From Planctomycetota bacterium (GTDB taxonomy: Bacteria > Planctomycetota > B15-G4): a stretch of 64,000 bases of DNA. Shown here piece by piece: positions 30,437-39,952 of the stretch. A program made the translations under genes and the position numbers. The stretch's first letter is position 1, and each line of letters opens with the position of its first letter. The DNA is taken from positions 864,001 through 928,000 of the forward strand of contig CBDFJQ010000002.1 in assembly GCA_965248575.1 (NCBI GenBank), read 5' to 3'. The notes under the pieces were generated by a model. It made no database searches. It saw only the letters and a list, made by a program, of their open reading frames with translations, and was not told where the DNA came from.

Positions 30437-30976
30437 GTGGCTGGCGACAAGGACTACTACTCGTTTGATGAAGTGCTCTCCGGCCTCCGGATGGAGGAGG
30501 ATGAGCTGAAGAGACTGGTCTCAGCCGGCGAAATTCGTGCTTTCCGCGAGAAAGACACGATGCGCTTCAAGGCCGCCGACATCGAACGCCTGAAGAGCAG
30601 CCCGACGGACGACGACCTGGAGCTGGACCTCGGCGAGGAGCTGGACCTGGGGGATGACCTGGGCGGCGACTTGATCGAAGACCTGGATCTGGGTGGTGAC
30701 GAGTTCGTCCTCGAACCTGAAGACTCGGCGGGTCTTGAGGTGGAGGAGCTGGATCTTGCGGCCGACAGCAGTCGGTCGGGATCCGACCGCGCCCCCGCGC
30801 GTCGGACCCCTCGCAGCCAGCAAGCTCAGGAAGAAGTTTCGGAAGGCGCCGGAATGCTTTTCTTCATGGGCTTGGGTTTCGTCATTCTGATCTTCGCGAA
30901 CTTTGCGGCAGCTGGAGCCGTGACGGGTTCGACCAATGCCTTGACCGGCTTCATCGCGGAGATGTTCGCCGGCTGA
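30437..30976 (+). CDS. HTH_17/excisionase-like N-domain, acidic low-complexity linker and C-terminal TM
   Basis: YYSFDEV...LKRLVSAGEIRAFRE...FKAADIE; DLELDLGEELDLGDD repeats; TM near the C-terminus; strong SD GAGGAGG. Confidence 0.8.
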   Translation: MAGDKDYYSFDEVLSGLRMEEDELKRLVSAGEIRAFREKDTMRFKAADIERLKSSPTDDDLELDLGEELDLGDDLGGDLIEDLDLGGDEFVLEPEDSAGLEVEELDLAADSSRSGSDRAPARRTPRSQQAQEEVSEGAGMLFFMGLGFVILIFANFAAAGAVTGSTNALTGFIAEMFAG

Positions 30977-31036
30977 TTCGATCATCGTTCAACCATCTAT
31001 TCACCAAGATAGACACACATCAAACGGGAGGGTTTC

Positions 31037-31765
31037 GTGGTGTCCACCATCATGAGTAGGAAGTCGTTGTGGGTTGCTGCCGCGGTTGTCGGTTGCCTGC
31101 TGCCTGGATGCGTCACGGCTTCCAAGTACTACGCACTGGAAGATGAGCTGGCTCGCAGCCAGGAAGAAAACGCGTACATGCGAGACACCCTCGGCCACGC
31201 CGAGTCCATGTTGACGGACAGCGAACTGGATCAGGAAGATCTGTCGCGTCTGCAGGCGGAACTCGCCGCTGCTCAGCTCCAGAAGCAGGAGTTGCTGGCT
31301 GAGTACGAGCGCTTCCGCACTGAAATGGGCTTCCTGGATGCCGAGGGGCTGACGAATGTCGTCAACGCCGAGGAAGGGATGTACGGCTACCGCGCCGAGG
31401 GCGATGTGCTCTTCACCAGCGGCAGTTCGGTCCTGACCGCCGCCGGCAAGAAGTCCCTCTCGGTTGTCGCGCAGCGCATCTCCGACATTGACTCGCCCAT
31501 CCGCATCGACGGGCATACGGACATCGACCCGATCAAGAAGACCAAGGCCGACTATCCGCACGGAAACATCCAGCTGGGTGCTCTGCGCGCGATTGCCGTC
31601 AGGGCTTTCCTGGTCGAGCAGGGCATCGCGGCTTCGCGGATCTCCATCGCCTCCTTCGGGCAGTACAAGCCGCTCAGGCAAGGTAAGGACTCCAAGTCGA
31701 AGTCTCAGAACCGTCGTGTTGAGATCATGCTTCGCATGGCGAACACGACGATCACCCAGGGCTAG
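31037..31765 (+). CDS. OmpA/MotB-domain lipoprotein with coiled coil
   Basis: Lipobox LLPGC, coiled coil, then LFTSGS, IDGHTD, RAIAV, SFGQYKP and NRRVEI. Confidence 0.88.
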   Translation: MVSTIMSRKSLWVAAAVVGCLLPGCVTASKYYALEDELARSQEENAYMRDTLGHAESMLTDSELDQEDLSRLQAELAAAQLQKQELLAEYERFRTEMGFLDAEGLTNVVNAEEGMYGYRAEGDVLFTSGSSVLTAAGKKSLSVVAQRISDIDSPIRIDGHTDIDPIKKTKADYPHGNIQLGALRAIAVRAFLVEQGIAASRISIASFGQYKPLRQGKDSKSKSQNRRVEIMLRMANTTITQG

Positions 31766-31806
31766 CAGCATTTCCCCTGGTGACGTGGTGGGCCTTGGGG
31801 CTGTCC

Positions 31807-32712
31807 ATGGACAGTCCTGAGCTCACCCCGATCCTGCGTCCACAGCTGGAGTCTGCACTCCAAGCTGTGGGCGCAGCTCCGTTGAAGAGACACGGGCAGA
31901 ACTTCCTGCTCGACAACAATCTCTTGGCGGCCATCGTTCGGGACGCCGGGGTTGGAGCCAGCGATACGGTTCTTGAGGTGGGTCCCGGGCCCGGCTTGCT
32001 CACGCGGCATCTGCTCGCGTCGGGAGCGCAGGTGCGGGCCATGGAGATCGACCCCGCCATGGAGGGGATCGCAGCCGGTTTGATCGAGGACCGACTGCTG
32101 GCATCGGGCGGTCTTTCCTGGACCAACGGCGATGCGATGGCTGGGCCCCGAACACTCAGCGCCGGCCTCCTGGCCAGCCTTCCCGGGACGACAGCTCTCG
32201 TGGCCAATCTGCCCTATGCCGTGGCAGCTCCACTCCTCATGGCTCTCGCACGGGAACCGGAGGCTCCGGAGCGCCAAGTGGTCATGATCCAGAAGGAACT
32301 TGCCGAGCGACTTGTCGCCCCGCCAGGGGGGCGAGACTACGGCCCGCTGGCAGTTCTCTGCACCCTCTGCTGCCAAAGCAAGATCCTTCGTCGTGTCCCC
32401 GCTGGCGCATTCTGGCCAGCCCCGAAGGTGAAATCCGTGGTTCTCCGCCTGAACCGCTTGCCGTCGTGGCCTGGGTCGGTGCCCGTCCTGCAATTGGAGC
32501 GATTCCTGCGCCTAGCGTTCAGTTCGCGACGAAAAACGCTGATCAACGCCGTCGCCGATGGGGCGGGCCTCAGGCCAGCTGCGGTGCAAGAGATCCTCCA
32601 GCTCAAGGAAAATCGTCAAAAAGCACGTGCTGAAGCCTTCGAAGCGCTACAATTAGAGCATCTTGCCCAGCTATGGGCAGAGCACGCGCCGGGCGAGCGA
32701 CTCCGCCCATAG
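31807..32712 (+). CDS. rsmA: 16S rRNA (adenine1518/1519-N6)-dimethyltransferase
   Basis: GQNFL, VLEVGPGPG, EID, ANLPY, MIQKE, FWPAPKVKS and RRKTL. Confidence 0.95.
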   Translation: MDSPELTPILRPQLESALQAVGAAPLKRHGQNFLLDNNLLAAIVRDAGVGASDTVLEVGPGPGLLTRHLLASGAQVRAMEIDPAMEGIAAGLIEDRLLASGGLSWTNGDAMAGPRTLSAGLLASLPGTTALVANLPYAVAAPLLMALAREPEAPERQVVMIQKELAERLVAPPGGRDYGPLAVLCTLCCQSKILRRVPAGAFWPAPKVKSVVLRLNRLPSWPGSVPVLQLERFLRLAFSSRRKTLINAVADGAGLRPAAVQEILQLKENRQKARAEAFEALQLEHLAQLWAEHAPGERLRP

Positions 32713-33499
32713 CCGGCAAAGCCGGCCCGAAGCTCCTCGGAGTTTCAAGAGATCGGCATGCAGGGGAGCCCCACCAAGAACACGCTGGGTGTCCCGCGCT
32801 GTCTGATCGCGAGTAGTTGGTTTGCAGGCCAAGGCTTGAAGAGATGCTTCGGCTCGGTCCAAGCGATGTTCTTGGATCGCTGTTGAGCTGGCTCGACCAC
32901 TTGCCTCTTGTCTCGACCAAGCTAGTCTTCGCACACGCTCTGCTCCTCGCAAGTCTGCCGGCTTCGGCACTTACGGGGTTCACGCCACCGCCTTCTTGAA
33001 CTGTTCAACCCACGACATGGGCTGATTTGCTCCAGGAGGCCGGCTGAGCTAGCGAAGACGAAACTGGTGGAGCTCGCAGGAGTGTGGTTTGCGTATTCGA
33101 TGTGTCTATGGGTTTCCTTGGGCACGCTCGCGTGAGTCGACTCGAATCCAGCGGTCCAGGAGTGGACCTGGTCGCCGTCACCTGTTGACGTTTTTTGCAT
33201 CAACGCGTGACGGCGGGATTCCAGGTGCCCCACGGCATGGGGGTGATTGGACTGCTCGAAGGCAAGCTCGTCGGCTTTGTCTGCACGCCCTGAGAGTCCG
33301 GCCTCGGACCTCAGTGCGATGGAGTCGCGGGGTCGATGGAGTGCGCCAGCGAGATGATGTGGATCAGGCAGAGCCCGATCTCAACCACCCAGGCCTGGCC
33401 CGGGGTGCGTCCCCATCTTTCTGGTGCGATCTTTCCAGTTCCATCGGACCGCGCACAGCCTCCTCAGCACCCTCCCGTCCACTTCCAGGGGGAGGGCGC
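32713..33499 (+). ncRNA. Candidate large structured RNA or 5' leader upstream of dnaG (unassigned family)
   Basis: ~790 nt with no credible CDS and many nested helices found by eye, several needing G-U pairs that only work on the + strand. Confidence 0.5.
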
Positions 33500-35302
33500 T
33501 TGAACATCCAGGCTGACAAGCAGGCTGAGAAGCAGCTCGTCAAGAGCCGCAGCCGCATCGATGAAGTGGTGCGAGAGCTCGCAGGCTGCGAGTACGAGTC
33601 TCGGGGCCCCGGCGACCTTTGGGCCTGCTGCCCATTTCATTCCGAGGACACGCCTTCGTTTCATGTGCGGGTCGAGCACGGGATGTTCAAGTGCTTCGGC
33701 TGCGGGGAAGCGGGGGATGTCTTCAGCTTCGTGCAGAAGATTCGCGGAGTCGGGTTCCGGGAAGCGCTCGAGTTCCTGGCCGACCGAGCTGGCGTCACGC
33801 TTGGCTCCATGAGCCCGGAAGACAAGCGTCGGCACGCCGAGCTGCATGAACTGCGGGAAGTCCTCAACCGGGCGGGTGAGTTGTTTGCCCGGGCGCTCAA
33901 GGCCCCCGCAGGCGAGCAGGCCGTTCAGTACCTGAAGGAGCGCGGCTTCCATGGCCAGACGGCTTTGGACTTCGACGTTGGCGTCGTGCCCACAGACTTC
34001 CTGCGTCAGTTGCGCGAATCCGGCATGGCGCCGACCGCCGTGGACCGCGCAGGCTTTACCAACCTGTTCGCGGGCCGACTGTCCTTCGGCATTCGCGATG
34101 CGAACGGGAGCCTTGTCGGCTTCGGTGCTCGAACGCTCGATGCCGACGGGAAGCCCAAGTACGTCAACACGCGCGAGACCTCGGCATTCAACAAACGACG
34201 GCTGCTCTACGGCCTGGACAAGGCAGCGCGGAGCGTGGCCAAATCGCGCCGCCTGATCATCATGGAGGGCTACACCGATGTCCTCATGGCACACCAGAGT
34301 GGCCTGAGTGAAGCCGTGGCGACGATGGGGACCAGCCTCACCGATGACCACATCCGCGCACTCAAGGGGCGGGCTTCCAATCTCGTGTTCGTCTTCGATG
34401 GCGATTCGGCGGGGCTAACTGCAGCCGAGCGTGCCGTGAACCTCACTCTGCGCGATGGCCTGGAAGTGCGCGTTCTGTGCTTGCCCGACGGCAGTGACCC
34501 GGGCGACTGGTTCCTGCGAAACGACTTGGAGGCCTTCGAGGAGCTCCTCGCGAGTGAGGGCATGAGCACAGTGGGCTTCCTCTGCCACCGAGCCGTGGAG
34601 CGCACGGACCGAGCTCAGCCCGGCTGGCGTGAGCAGGTTGCCAACGAGGTTCTCGAGGCCTGCCGCAGCATCGTCGACCCTGTTCGGCGAGAGACGATCT
34701 CCGCGGAAATCTCGCGGGCCTGCAGCGTGGATCGCAACCTCATGCGTCGGCAGGTCAAGATGTCGGCGGATGCCACGCCCGCAGAAGGGTCAGCCGGGCG
34801 CTCTCGCTCTCCCCGCTCGTCTGCGCGCATCCGCTCCCAGTTCTCTGTTGTTGCAGGCCTGGCTCGGCTGTCGGATGCGATGCAGGTTGTCGATCGCCTG
34901 TCAGAGCTCGGGGTGTTGAGCCACCCCGATGCTCTCCAACTGGCCCAGATCGCGCGCCAGCTCATTCAGCCGGGTGACAGCGGCCCCGTGGATCCCATGG
35001 AATGGTTGGACGCCACACGAGCGGAGAGCACCAGGCTCGGCTCCCTCCTGGAGCGGGCACTGCTCAGCGAACCCGGCAGCGTGATTCCCGGCTATCAGAC
35101 GGCTGTGGACTACCTGACGTCGCTCGCCGAGGAGGACCAGGAACGGCAGGACCGGCGCACCGCCCTTTCCGACCCGGGGATCGCGACGGACGAAGCAGCG
35201 CTCAAGGCCATTCAGGAGAGCCTGTCCCTGAAGGACTCCGGGCAGCAGCCGGAGCCACCCCAAACGATTTCTAACGATTCACCGGAGGCGATGCCCACAT
35301 GA
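33500..35302 (+). CDS. dnaG: DNA primase
   Basis: CPFHSEDTPSF, FKCFGCG, GFGAR, KYVNT, EGYTDV, FDGD and DPGD. TTG start at 33500 after GGAGGG. Confidence 0.96.
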   Translation: MNIQADKQAEKQLVKSRSRIDEVVRELAGCEYESRGPGDLWACCPFHSEDTPSFHVRVEHGMFKCFGCGEAGDVFSFVQKIRGVGFREALEFLADRAGVTLGSMSPEDKRRHAELHELREVLNRAGELFARALKAPAGEQAVQYLKERGFHGQTALDFDVGVVPTDFLRQLRESGMAPTAVDRAGFTNLFAGRLSFGIRDANGSLVGFGARTLDADGKPKYVNTRETSAFNKRRLLYGLDKAARSVAKSRRLIIMEGYTDVLMAHQSGLSEAVATMGTSLTDDHIRALKGRASNLVFVFDGDSAGLTAAERAVNLTLRDGLEVRVLCLPDGSDPGDWFLRNDLEAFEELLASEGMSTVGFLCHRAVERTDRAQPGWREQVANEVLEACRSIVDPVRRETISAEISRACSVDRNLMRRQVKMSADATPAEGSAGRSRSPRSSARIRSQFSVVAGLARLSDAMQVVDRLSELGVLSHPDALQLAQIARQLIQPGDSGPVDPMEWLDATRAESTRLGSLLERALLSEPGSVIPGYQTAVDYLTSLAEEDQERQDRRTALSDPGIATDEAALKAIQESLSLKDSGQQPEPPQTISNDSPEAMPT

Positions 35303-35361
35303 GTTCGCACCGCGTGAAGCAACAGTACGACCACCCCCTGTGTTTTGAGGAAGCCCTGTGA
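35299..35361 (+). CDS. Putative 20-aa small ORF bridging dnaG and rpoD ([20 protein letters not shown])
   Basis: ATGA overlap with the dnaG stop, GTGA overlap with the rpoD start, and SD GGAGG at 35284-35288. Confidence 0.5.
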   Translation: MSSHRVKQQYDHPLCFEEAL

Positions 35362-37019
35362 GTTCAATCGCTGCACTGGACAAGTTGGATCCGAGCGTTC
35401 GCGTCCTGATGGAAAACGGCGAGAAGCGCGGTTTCGTGACCTACGAGGAGATGAATGAGATCCTCCCGCCGGACATCGAGAACATCGATGAGATCCTGAC
35501 CCTGCTGGAAGGCCAGGGCGTCAAGATCCTGGATGAAGCCGATGTCGTCGCGGAGCAGGAGGTTCGCGCCTCCGGCAGCTCTGCCGTGGTCGATCAGGAG
35601 GAGCCAAAAGAGCGGGTCACTCAGACCGAACGCATCGAGGACCCGGTGCGGATGTACCTCACCCAGATGGGCGAGATTCCGCTGCTCACCCGCTCCGAAG
35701 AGATCAACCTGGCGCGTCAGATTGAAGTGACCCGCCGTCACTTCCGCAAGCTGATCATGGCGACGGGCTTTGCCATTCGCGAGGGCTTGCAGATCATCGA
35801 GGACGTCGAGGCCAGTCGCCTGGCTTTCGACCGCACGCTCAAGGTGTCCACAAGTGGCTTTGAGCCCGGAAAGCTGGAAGTCTCGGCACGCCTGAAGGGC
35901 AGTATCGAAACGCAGCGCAAGCTTCACGCCCGGCTGACGTCCGACTACAAGAAGTTCCTCCTGGACAAGGGGTCATCGGCCCAGCGGAAGTTGACTCTTC
36001 AGCGCATCGGGTGGGGGCGCAGGAAGTGCGCCGACCTTGTCGAGGAGCTTCAGATCCAGTTGAAGAAGGTGAAGCCCATGATCGAACTGGTGCGTGAGAA
36101 GCACCAGGAGATGGCAACGCTTGAACGTCGCTTGAAGCACTTCCCGGAAGACCGGAAGTCGAGCAAGGAGTTCAGGGAGCTCAAGACGGATTTCGAGGCG
36201 CTCCAAATTCAGGCGCTCGAGTCTCCCCGACGTCTGGCGGCACGCCTCAAGCTGATCGATGAGCGCTACGCTCAATACGAAGAAGCCAAGCGGGATTTGT
36301 CGAGCGGCAACCTTCGACTCGTCGTCTCGATCGCCAAGAAGTACCGGAACCGTGGGCTCTCTTTCCTGGATCTGATCCAGGAAGGCAATACGGGTCTCAT
36401 GAAGGCTGTCGAGAAGTATGAGTATCGCCGTGGCTACAAGTTCTCGACCTATGCCACGTGGTGGATCCGGCAGGCGATCACTCGTTCCATCGCTGACCAG
36501 GCGCGTACGATCCGAATCCCTGTGCACATGATTGAAACCATGAGCAAGTTGCGGAACGTGACGAAGAAGCTCGTTCAGCAGCTGGGCCGCGAACCGACGA
36601 TCGAGGAGATTGCGAAGAACAGCGACATCTCCATCGACGAAGCGAAGCGCGTCATGAAGATCTCCAAGCACCCGATCAGCCTGGACCGTCCCATCGGCGA
36701 AGGAGACGACAGCTACTTCGGTGACTTCATCGAGGATGACAGTGCCGTGTCTCCGGTCATGGCTGCAGCCCAGGAGATGCTGAAGGACAAGATCATGAGT
36801 GTCCTTCACACGCTGTCCTTCCGTGAGCGCGAGATCATCAAGCTGCGCTACGGCATTGGCGATGGCTACACCTACACACTCGAAGAGGTGGGCCGGATCT
36901 TCAAGGTCACCCGTGAGCGTGTTCGCCAGATCGAGGCGAAGGCGGTGCGGAAGTTGCAGCACCCGGTGCGCAGCCGGATGCTGGAAGGATTCTTGGAGAC
37001 TGCCCTGCCCGTCACCTGA
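35358..37019 (+). CDS. rpoD: RNA polymerase primary sigma factor
   Basis: Region 1.1; [46 protein letters not shown] and TLEEVG...TRERVRQIE. Confidence 0.98.
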   Translation: MSSIAALDKLDPSVRVLMENGEKRGFVTYEEMNEILPPDIENIDEILTLLEGQGVKILDEADVVAEQEVRASGSSAVVDQEEPKERVTQTERIEDPVRMYLTQMGEIPLLTRSEEINLARQIEVTRRHFRKLIMATGFAIREGLQIIEDVEASRLAFDRTLKVSTSGFEPGKLEVSARLKGSIETQRKLHARLTSDYKKFLLDKGSSAQRKLTLQRIGWGRRKCADLVEELQIQLKKVKPMIELVREKHQEMATLERRLKHFPEDRKSSKEFRELKTDFEALQIQALESPRRLAARLKLIDERYAQYEEAKRDLSSGNLRLVVSIAKKYRNRGLSFLDLIQEGNTGLMKAVEKYEYRRGYKFSTYATWWIRQAITRSIADQARTIRIPVHMIETMSKLRNVTKKLVQQLGREPTIEEIAKNSDISIDEAKRVMKISKHPISLDRPIGEGDDSYFGDFIEDDSAVSPVMAAAQEMLKDKIMSVLHTLSFREREIIKLRYGIGDGYTYTLEEVGRIFKVTRERVRQIEAKAVRKLQHPVRSRMLEGFLETALPVT

Positions 37020-37030
37020 TGGGGATCATG

Positions 37031-37202
37031 GGCCCCCTGACGGGGCTGGCGACCCCGTTCCGCGGGGATGGAGTCCTCCATCTCAGAGCAGCCTTCACAG
37101 GGCCTGCGAGGCGGTTCCAGGCAGATGCCTGGGGCCGCCTCGCCGTCCTTTGGAGGGGCTTTCTCCTCACCAGGGGGTCTGCTAGGCTTGGGGGTTTCCC
37201 CC
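37031..37202 (+). ncRNA. Candidate multi-branched structured RNA between rpoD and the zinc-ribbon gene
   Basis: Closing helix 37031-39/37171-79 encloses hairpins at 37040-58, 37067-82 and 37106-43 (17 bp). Confidence 0.4.
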
Positions 37203-37226
37203 GTCCACTAGAACAGCAGAGTCACC

Positions 37227-37976
37227 GTGACAGACGAGCAAGCGCCTGGCGACCCCAAGCAACAGACGTTGCAACTTGTGGCCCTCGGAAACGTCGACCG
37301 CAAACGCACCGAAGCCCAGAGTCTGATGGACTCAGTCCCCCGCGTCCTTGCGAGCCGCAGCCGTCACTCCCGCGAAGCCCAAGCGACACTCGATGCCTAC
37401 CACGACAAGCTTCAGGGCTTCCGCAGTCACCTAAAGATGCTCGAGCTGGATCTTGCGGACCGGGAAGAAGCCCTCTCCAAAGCCAACGGCAATCTCCTGG
37501 GAGCCAAGACGAACCAGGAGTACAGCTTGTTGATGGCAGAGATCACGCGGAAGCAGGAAGAGAAGGGAACCGTCGAAGAGCGGATCCTCGAGCAGTACGA
37601 CGTGATCAGCCAAGGCGAGGAGATGGTCAAGACTGCGGAGGCCGGGCTGGTCGAAGCGCAGTCGGAGTATGGCGGCTTCGAGCAGCGCGCTCGCGACCAG
37701 CTGGCCGACCACCAGAAGGATCTGGACGAGCTGGAAAAGCGTCGGGAGCAGGTTCGCCGGGCGATCGACCCAGCGATCCTCAAGCTGTACGACCGCGTCT
37801 ACAACGCGCACGGGGTGGCCGTCGTTCCAGCCGAGGGGAACACCTGCCAAGGCTGTTTCTCGAACATCACACCGAACGACCAGAATCGCCTGCTCAGCGG
37901 CCGCCAGCTCGTGATCTGTCGTGCGTGCCAACGCATTCTCTACGTGCCAAGCGCTCTGCACGCCTCGCCTTCCTGA
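37227..37976 (+). CDS. Coiled-coil protein with C4-type zinc ribbon (DUF164/CT398-like)
   Basis: Long coiled coil, KTNQEY, CQGC...CRACQRILY. Confidence 0.88.
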   Translation: MTDEQAPGDPKQQTLQLVALGNVDRKRTEAQSLMDSVPRVLASRSRHSREAQATLDAYHDKLQGFRSHLKMLELDLADREEALSKANGNLLGAKTNQEYSLLMAEITRKQEEKGTVEERILEQYDVISQGEEMVKTAEAGLVEAQSEYGGFEQRARDQLADHQKDLDELEKRREQVRRAIDPAILKLYDRVYNAHGVAVVPAEGNTCQGCFSNITPNDQNRLLSGRQLVICRACQRILYVPSALHASPS

Positions 37977-38014
37977 CAGGCGACGGAGCGATCGAGCCTC
38001 CGGGGGTCAAGTAG

Positions 38015-39952
38015 GTGGCTGGCGGCACGATTCGCAACGTCATCGTGGGAACGGCCGGTCATATCGACCACGGCAAGTCGTCCCTCGTGCGCGCTTTGAC
38101 CGGCATCGACCCCGACCGCCTCGCTGAGGAACACGAGCGGGGCATGACCATCGACCTCGGCTTCGCGCCCTACAAGCACGAGAGCGGAGCGACCGTCGGT
38201 CTGATTGATGTCCCTGGGCACGAGCGTTTCATCAAGAACATGGTCGCCGGCGCAACATCCGTGGACGTCGCCATGCTGGTTGTGGCGGCCGACGACGGGG
38301 TCATGCCCCAGACGCGCGAGCACCTCGAAATCCTCAAGCTGCTCGGAGTCCGCCGCGGCCTGGTAGCCCTGAACAAGATCGACCTCGTGGACACGGAGCT
38401 GGTCGAGCTCGCCCAGGAAGATGTCGCTGAATTCGTGGCGGGTACCTTCCTGGAGGGCGCACCGGTGATCCCGGTCTCTGGGACCACGGGTGAGGGCCTG
38501 GATCAGCTCCGCAGCGCACTCGACGCCCTGGTGAGCGAGGTCGATCCGCACACCCACGATGGGCCCTTCCGGCTCCCCATCCAACGCGTCTTCACCGTCG
38601 ACGGGCACGGCCTCGTCGTGACCGGTGTCCCCATGAGCGGCAAGGTCGCTGTCGGTGACCAACTCGAGCTCGTGGGGTCGGGGCAGGAGCTGCGCGTGCG
38701 AGGCATCCATGCCTACGGCAAGAGCCGCGATCAAGGGCAGGCTGGACATTCCACCGCGCTCAATCTCGCTGGCCTCGACCGCGTGGACGTCGAGCGCGGC
38801 GACGTCGTCGCCACCCCAGGCGTGTATCGATCCACGCGCTTCATTGCGGTGGACTACGAACACACCGCAGCAAGCTCGGCTCTGCGTCACCGCCACCCCA
38901 TCCGCGTTCACGCTGGAACGGCGGAAGTGCTCGGCCGCGCCGTGCTGCTGGACAGCGGGTTGCTTGACCACGGGCAATGCTCGCCCATTCAGCTCCGGCT
39001 GGATCACGCGCTCTGTGTGGCGCCCGGCGATCGCATCATCGTGCGCGACGCCTCGTCCATGGGCGTGATGGGCGGAGGCCTGGTGCTGGAGGCGGGCGAC
39101 GGCCGACTGAAGCGCTTCAAAGACCGAGTTCTCGAAGACCTCCGTTCGCGTCGGGAGAGCGTCGGGGATCCGAGCCTCCTTGCGCAGGCCATCGTCTCAG
39201 GGGCTGGTGTGCGAGGCGCGCAACTCGCCGACGTCGCCGTCGAAGTCGGACAGACCGTGGATCAGCTACGGCGGAGCCTCGAACCCTTCGTCGAATCCGG
39301 CGACTTCCTGAAGTTGGCGGGAGGGGTCTACCTCGCGGCGTCGGCGACAGAACAGGTCGCGGACGAATTGGTTTCCGTGCTCAAGGGCGTGCACCGCAAG
39401 AACCCCTTGCTGGACTGGGTGGACCTTTCCAGCCTGAGGTCAGGAGTCAGCTACGAGGAAACAGTCCTCCAGGCTGCTTTGGATCACGACCCGCGCCTGG
39501 AGAGTGCGTCCGGTGGACGCGTGCGGCGCCGAGGGCACCGAGGCCGACTCACTCCGGAACTGGAGGCGGCTCGCGATCGCATCGTGAGCCAGCTCCAGGC
39601 GGGTGGCTTGCGCCCGCCCAGCGTTGACCGCGACTTCACGGGCTTGGCGGAGAAGGATCACGCCGCCCTGCTCGACATGCTGCGGACAGCGGGCATCGCC
39701 GTCTCGGTGGGGGGCCTGATCTTCCATCAAGAGGCCTTGGACAGAGCACGCAAGACGTTGATCTCCCACGCAGCGGCACGCCAGGGCGCCATCGAGATCC
39801 CGGAGCTGCGCGATGAGCTGGAGACCTCACGCAAGTTCCTGATCCCATTGCTCGAGTACTTTGATGCCATGCAGCTCACGGTCAGGCACGGCGATCAACG
39901 GGTTCTCCGGCGCGGGATCCTCGAGCGGGAGAACGAGGACGGCACCGCATGA
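38015..39952 (+). CDS. selB: Selenocysteine-specific elongation factor
   Basis: [32 protein letters not shown] and NKID; C-terminal winged helix [13 protein letters not shown]...GDQR. Confidence 0.95.
   Translation: MAGGTIRNVIVGTAGHIDHGKSSLVRALTGIDPDRLAEEHERGMTIDLGFAPYKHESGATVGLIDVPGHERFIKNMVAGATSVDVAMLVVAADDGVMPQTREHLEILKLLGVRRGLVALNKIDLVDTELVELAQEDVAEFVAGTFLEGAPVIPVSGTTGEGLDQLRSALDALVSEVDPHTHDGPFRLPIQRVFTVDGHGLVVTGVPMSGKVAVGDQLELVGSGQELRVRGIHAYGKSRDQGQAGHSTALNLAGLDRVDVERGDVVATPGVYRSTRFIAVDYEHTAASSALRHRHPIRVHAGTAEVLGRAVLLDSGLLDHGQCSPIQLRLDHALCVAPGDRIIVRDASSMGVMGGGLVLEAGDGRLKRFKDRVLEDLRSRRESVGDPSLLAQAIVSGAGVRGAQLADVAVEVGQTVDQLRRSLEPFVESGDFLKLAGGVYLAASATEQVADELVSVLKGVHRKNPLLDWVDLSSLRSGVSYEETVLQAALDHDPRLESASGGRVRRRGHRGRLTPELEAARDRIVSQLQAGGLRPPSVDRDFTGLAEKDHAALLDMLRTAGIAVSVGGLIFHQEALDRARKTLISHAAARQGAIEIPELRDELETSRKFLIPLLEYFDAMQLTVRHGDQRVLRRGILERENEDGTA

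Noticed and set aside
30601..30700. GACCTGG-type short repeats as a CRISPR or DNA repeat array
   Set aside because: They are irregular, in-frame, and simply encode the DLELDLG low-complexity linker.
33065..33093. TGGTGGAGCTCGCAGGAGT resembles the reverse complement of a tmRNA/tRNA 3' end (…GCTCCACCA)
   Set aside because: There is no TTCRA T-loop, the stem pairs only on the + strand via G-U, and no matching 5' acceptor strand or tag frame was found.
33239..33263. GGGGGTGATTGGAC resembles a tmRNA 5' end
   Set aside because: No complementary acceptor 3' end with a T-arm, either downstream or in permuted order.
33089..33499. 137-codon N-terminal extension of DnaG in the ORF track
   Set aside because: The sequence is Arg/Ser/Pro-rich and not protein-like; homology and the SD begin at TTG 33500.
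32713..37226. RNase P, SRP or tRNA-Sec in the gaps around dnaG-rpoD
   Set aside because: No GAGGAAAGTCC or AGAACCCGGCTTA, no SRP CAGG-GRAA-AGCAG loop, and no TCA anticodon cloverleaf seen on either strand.
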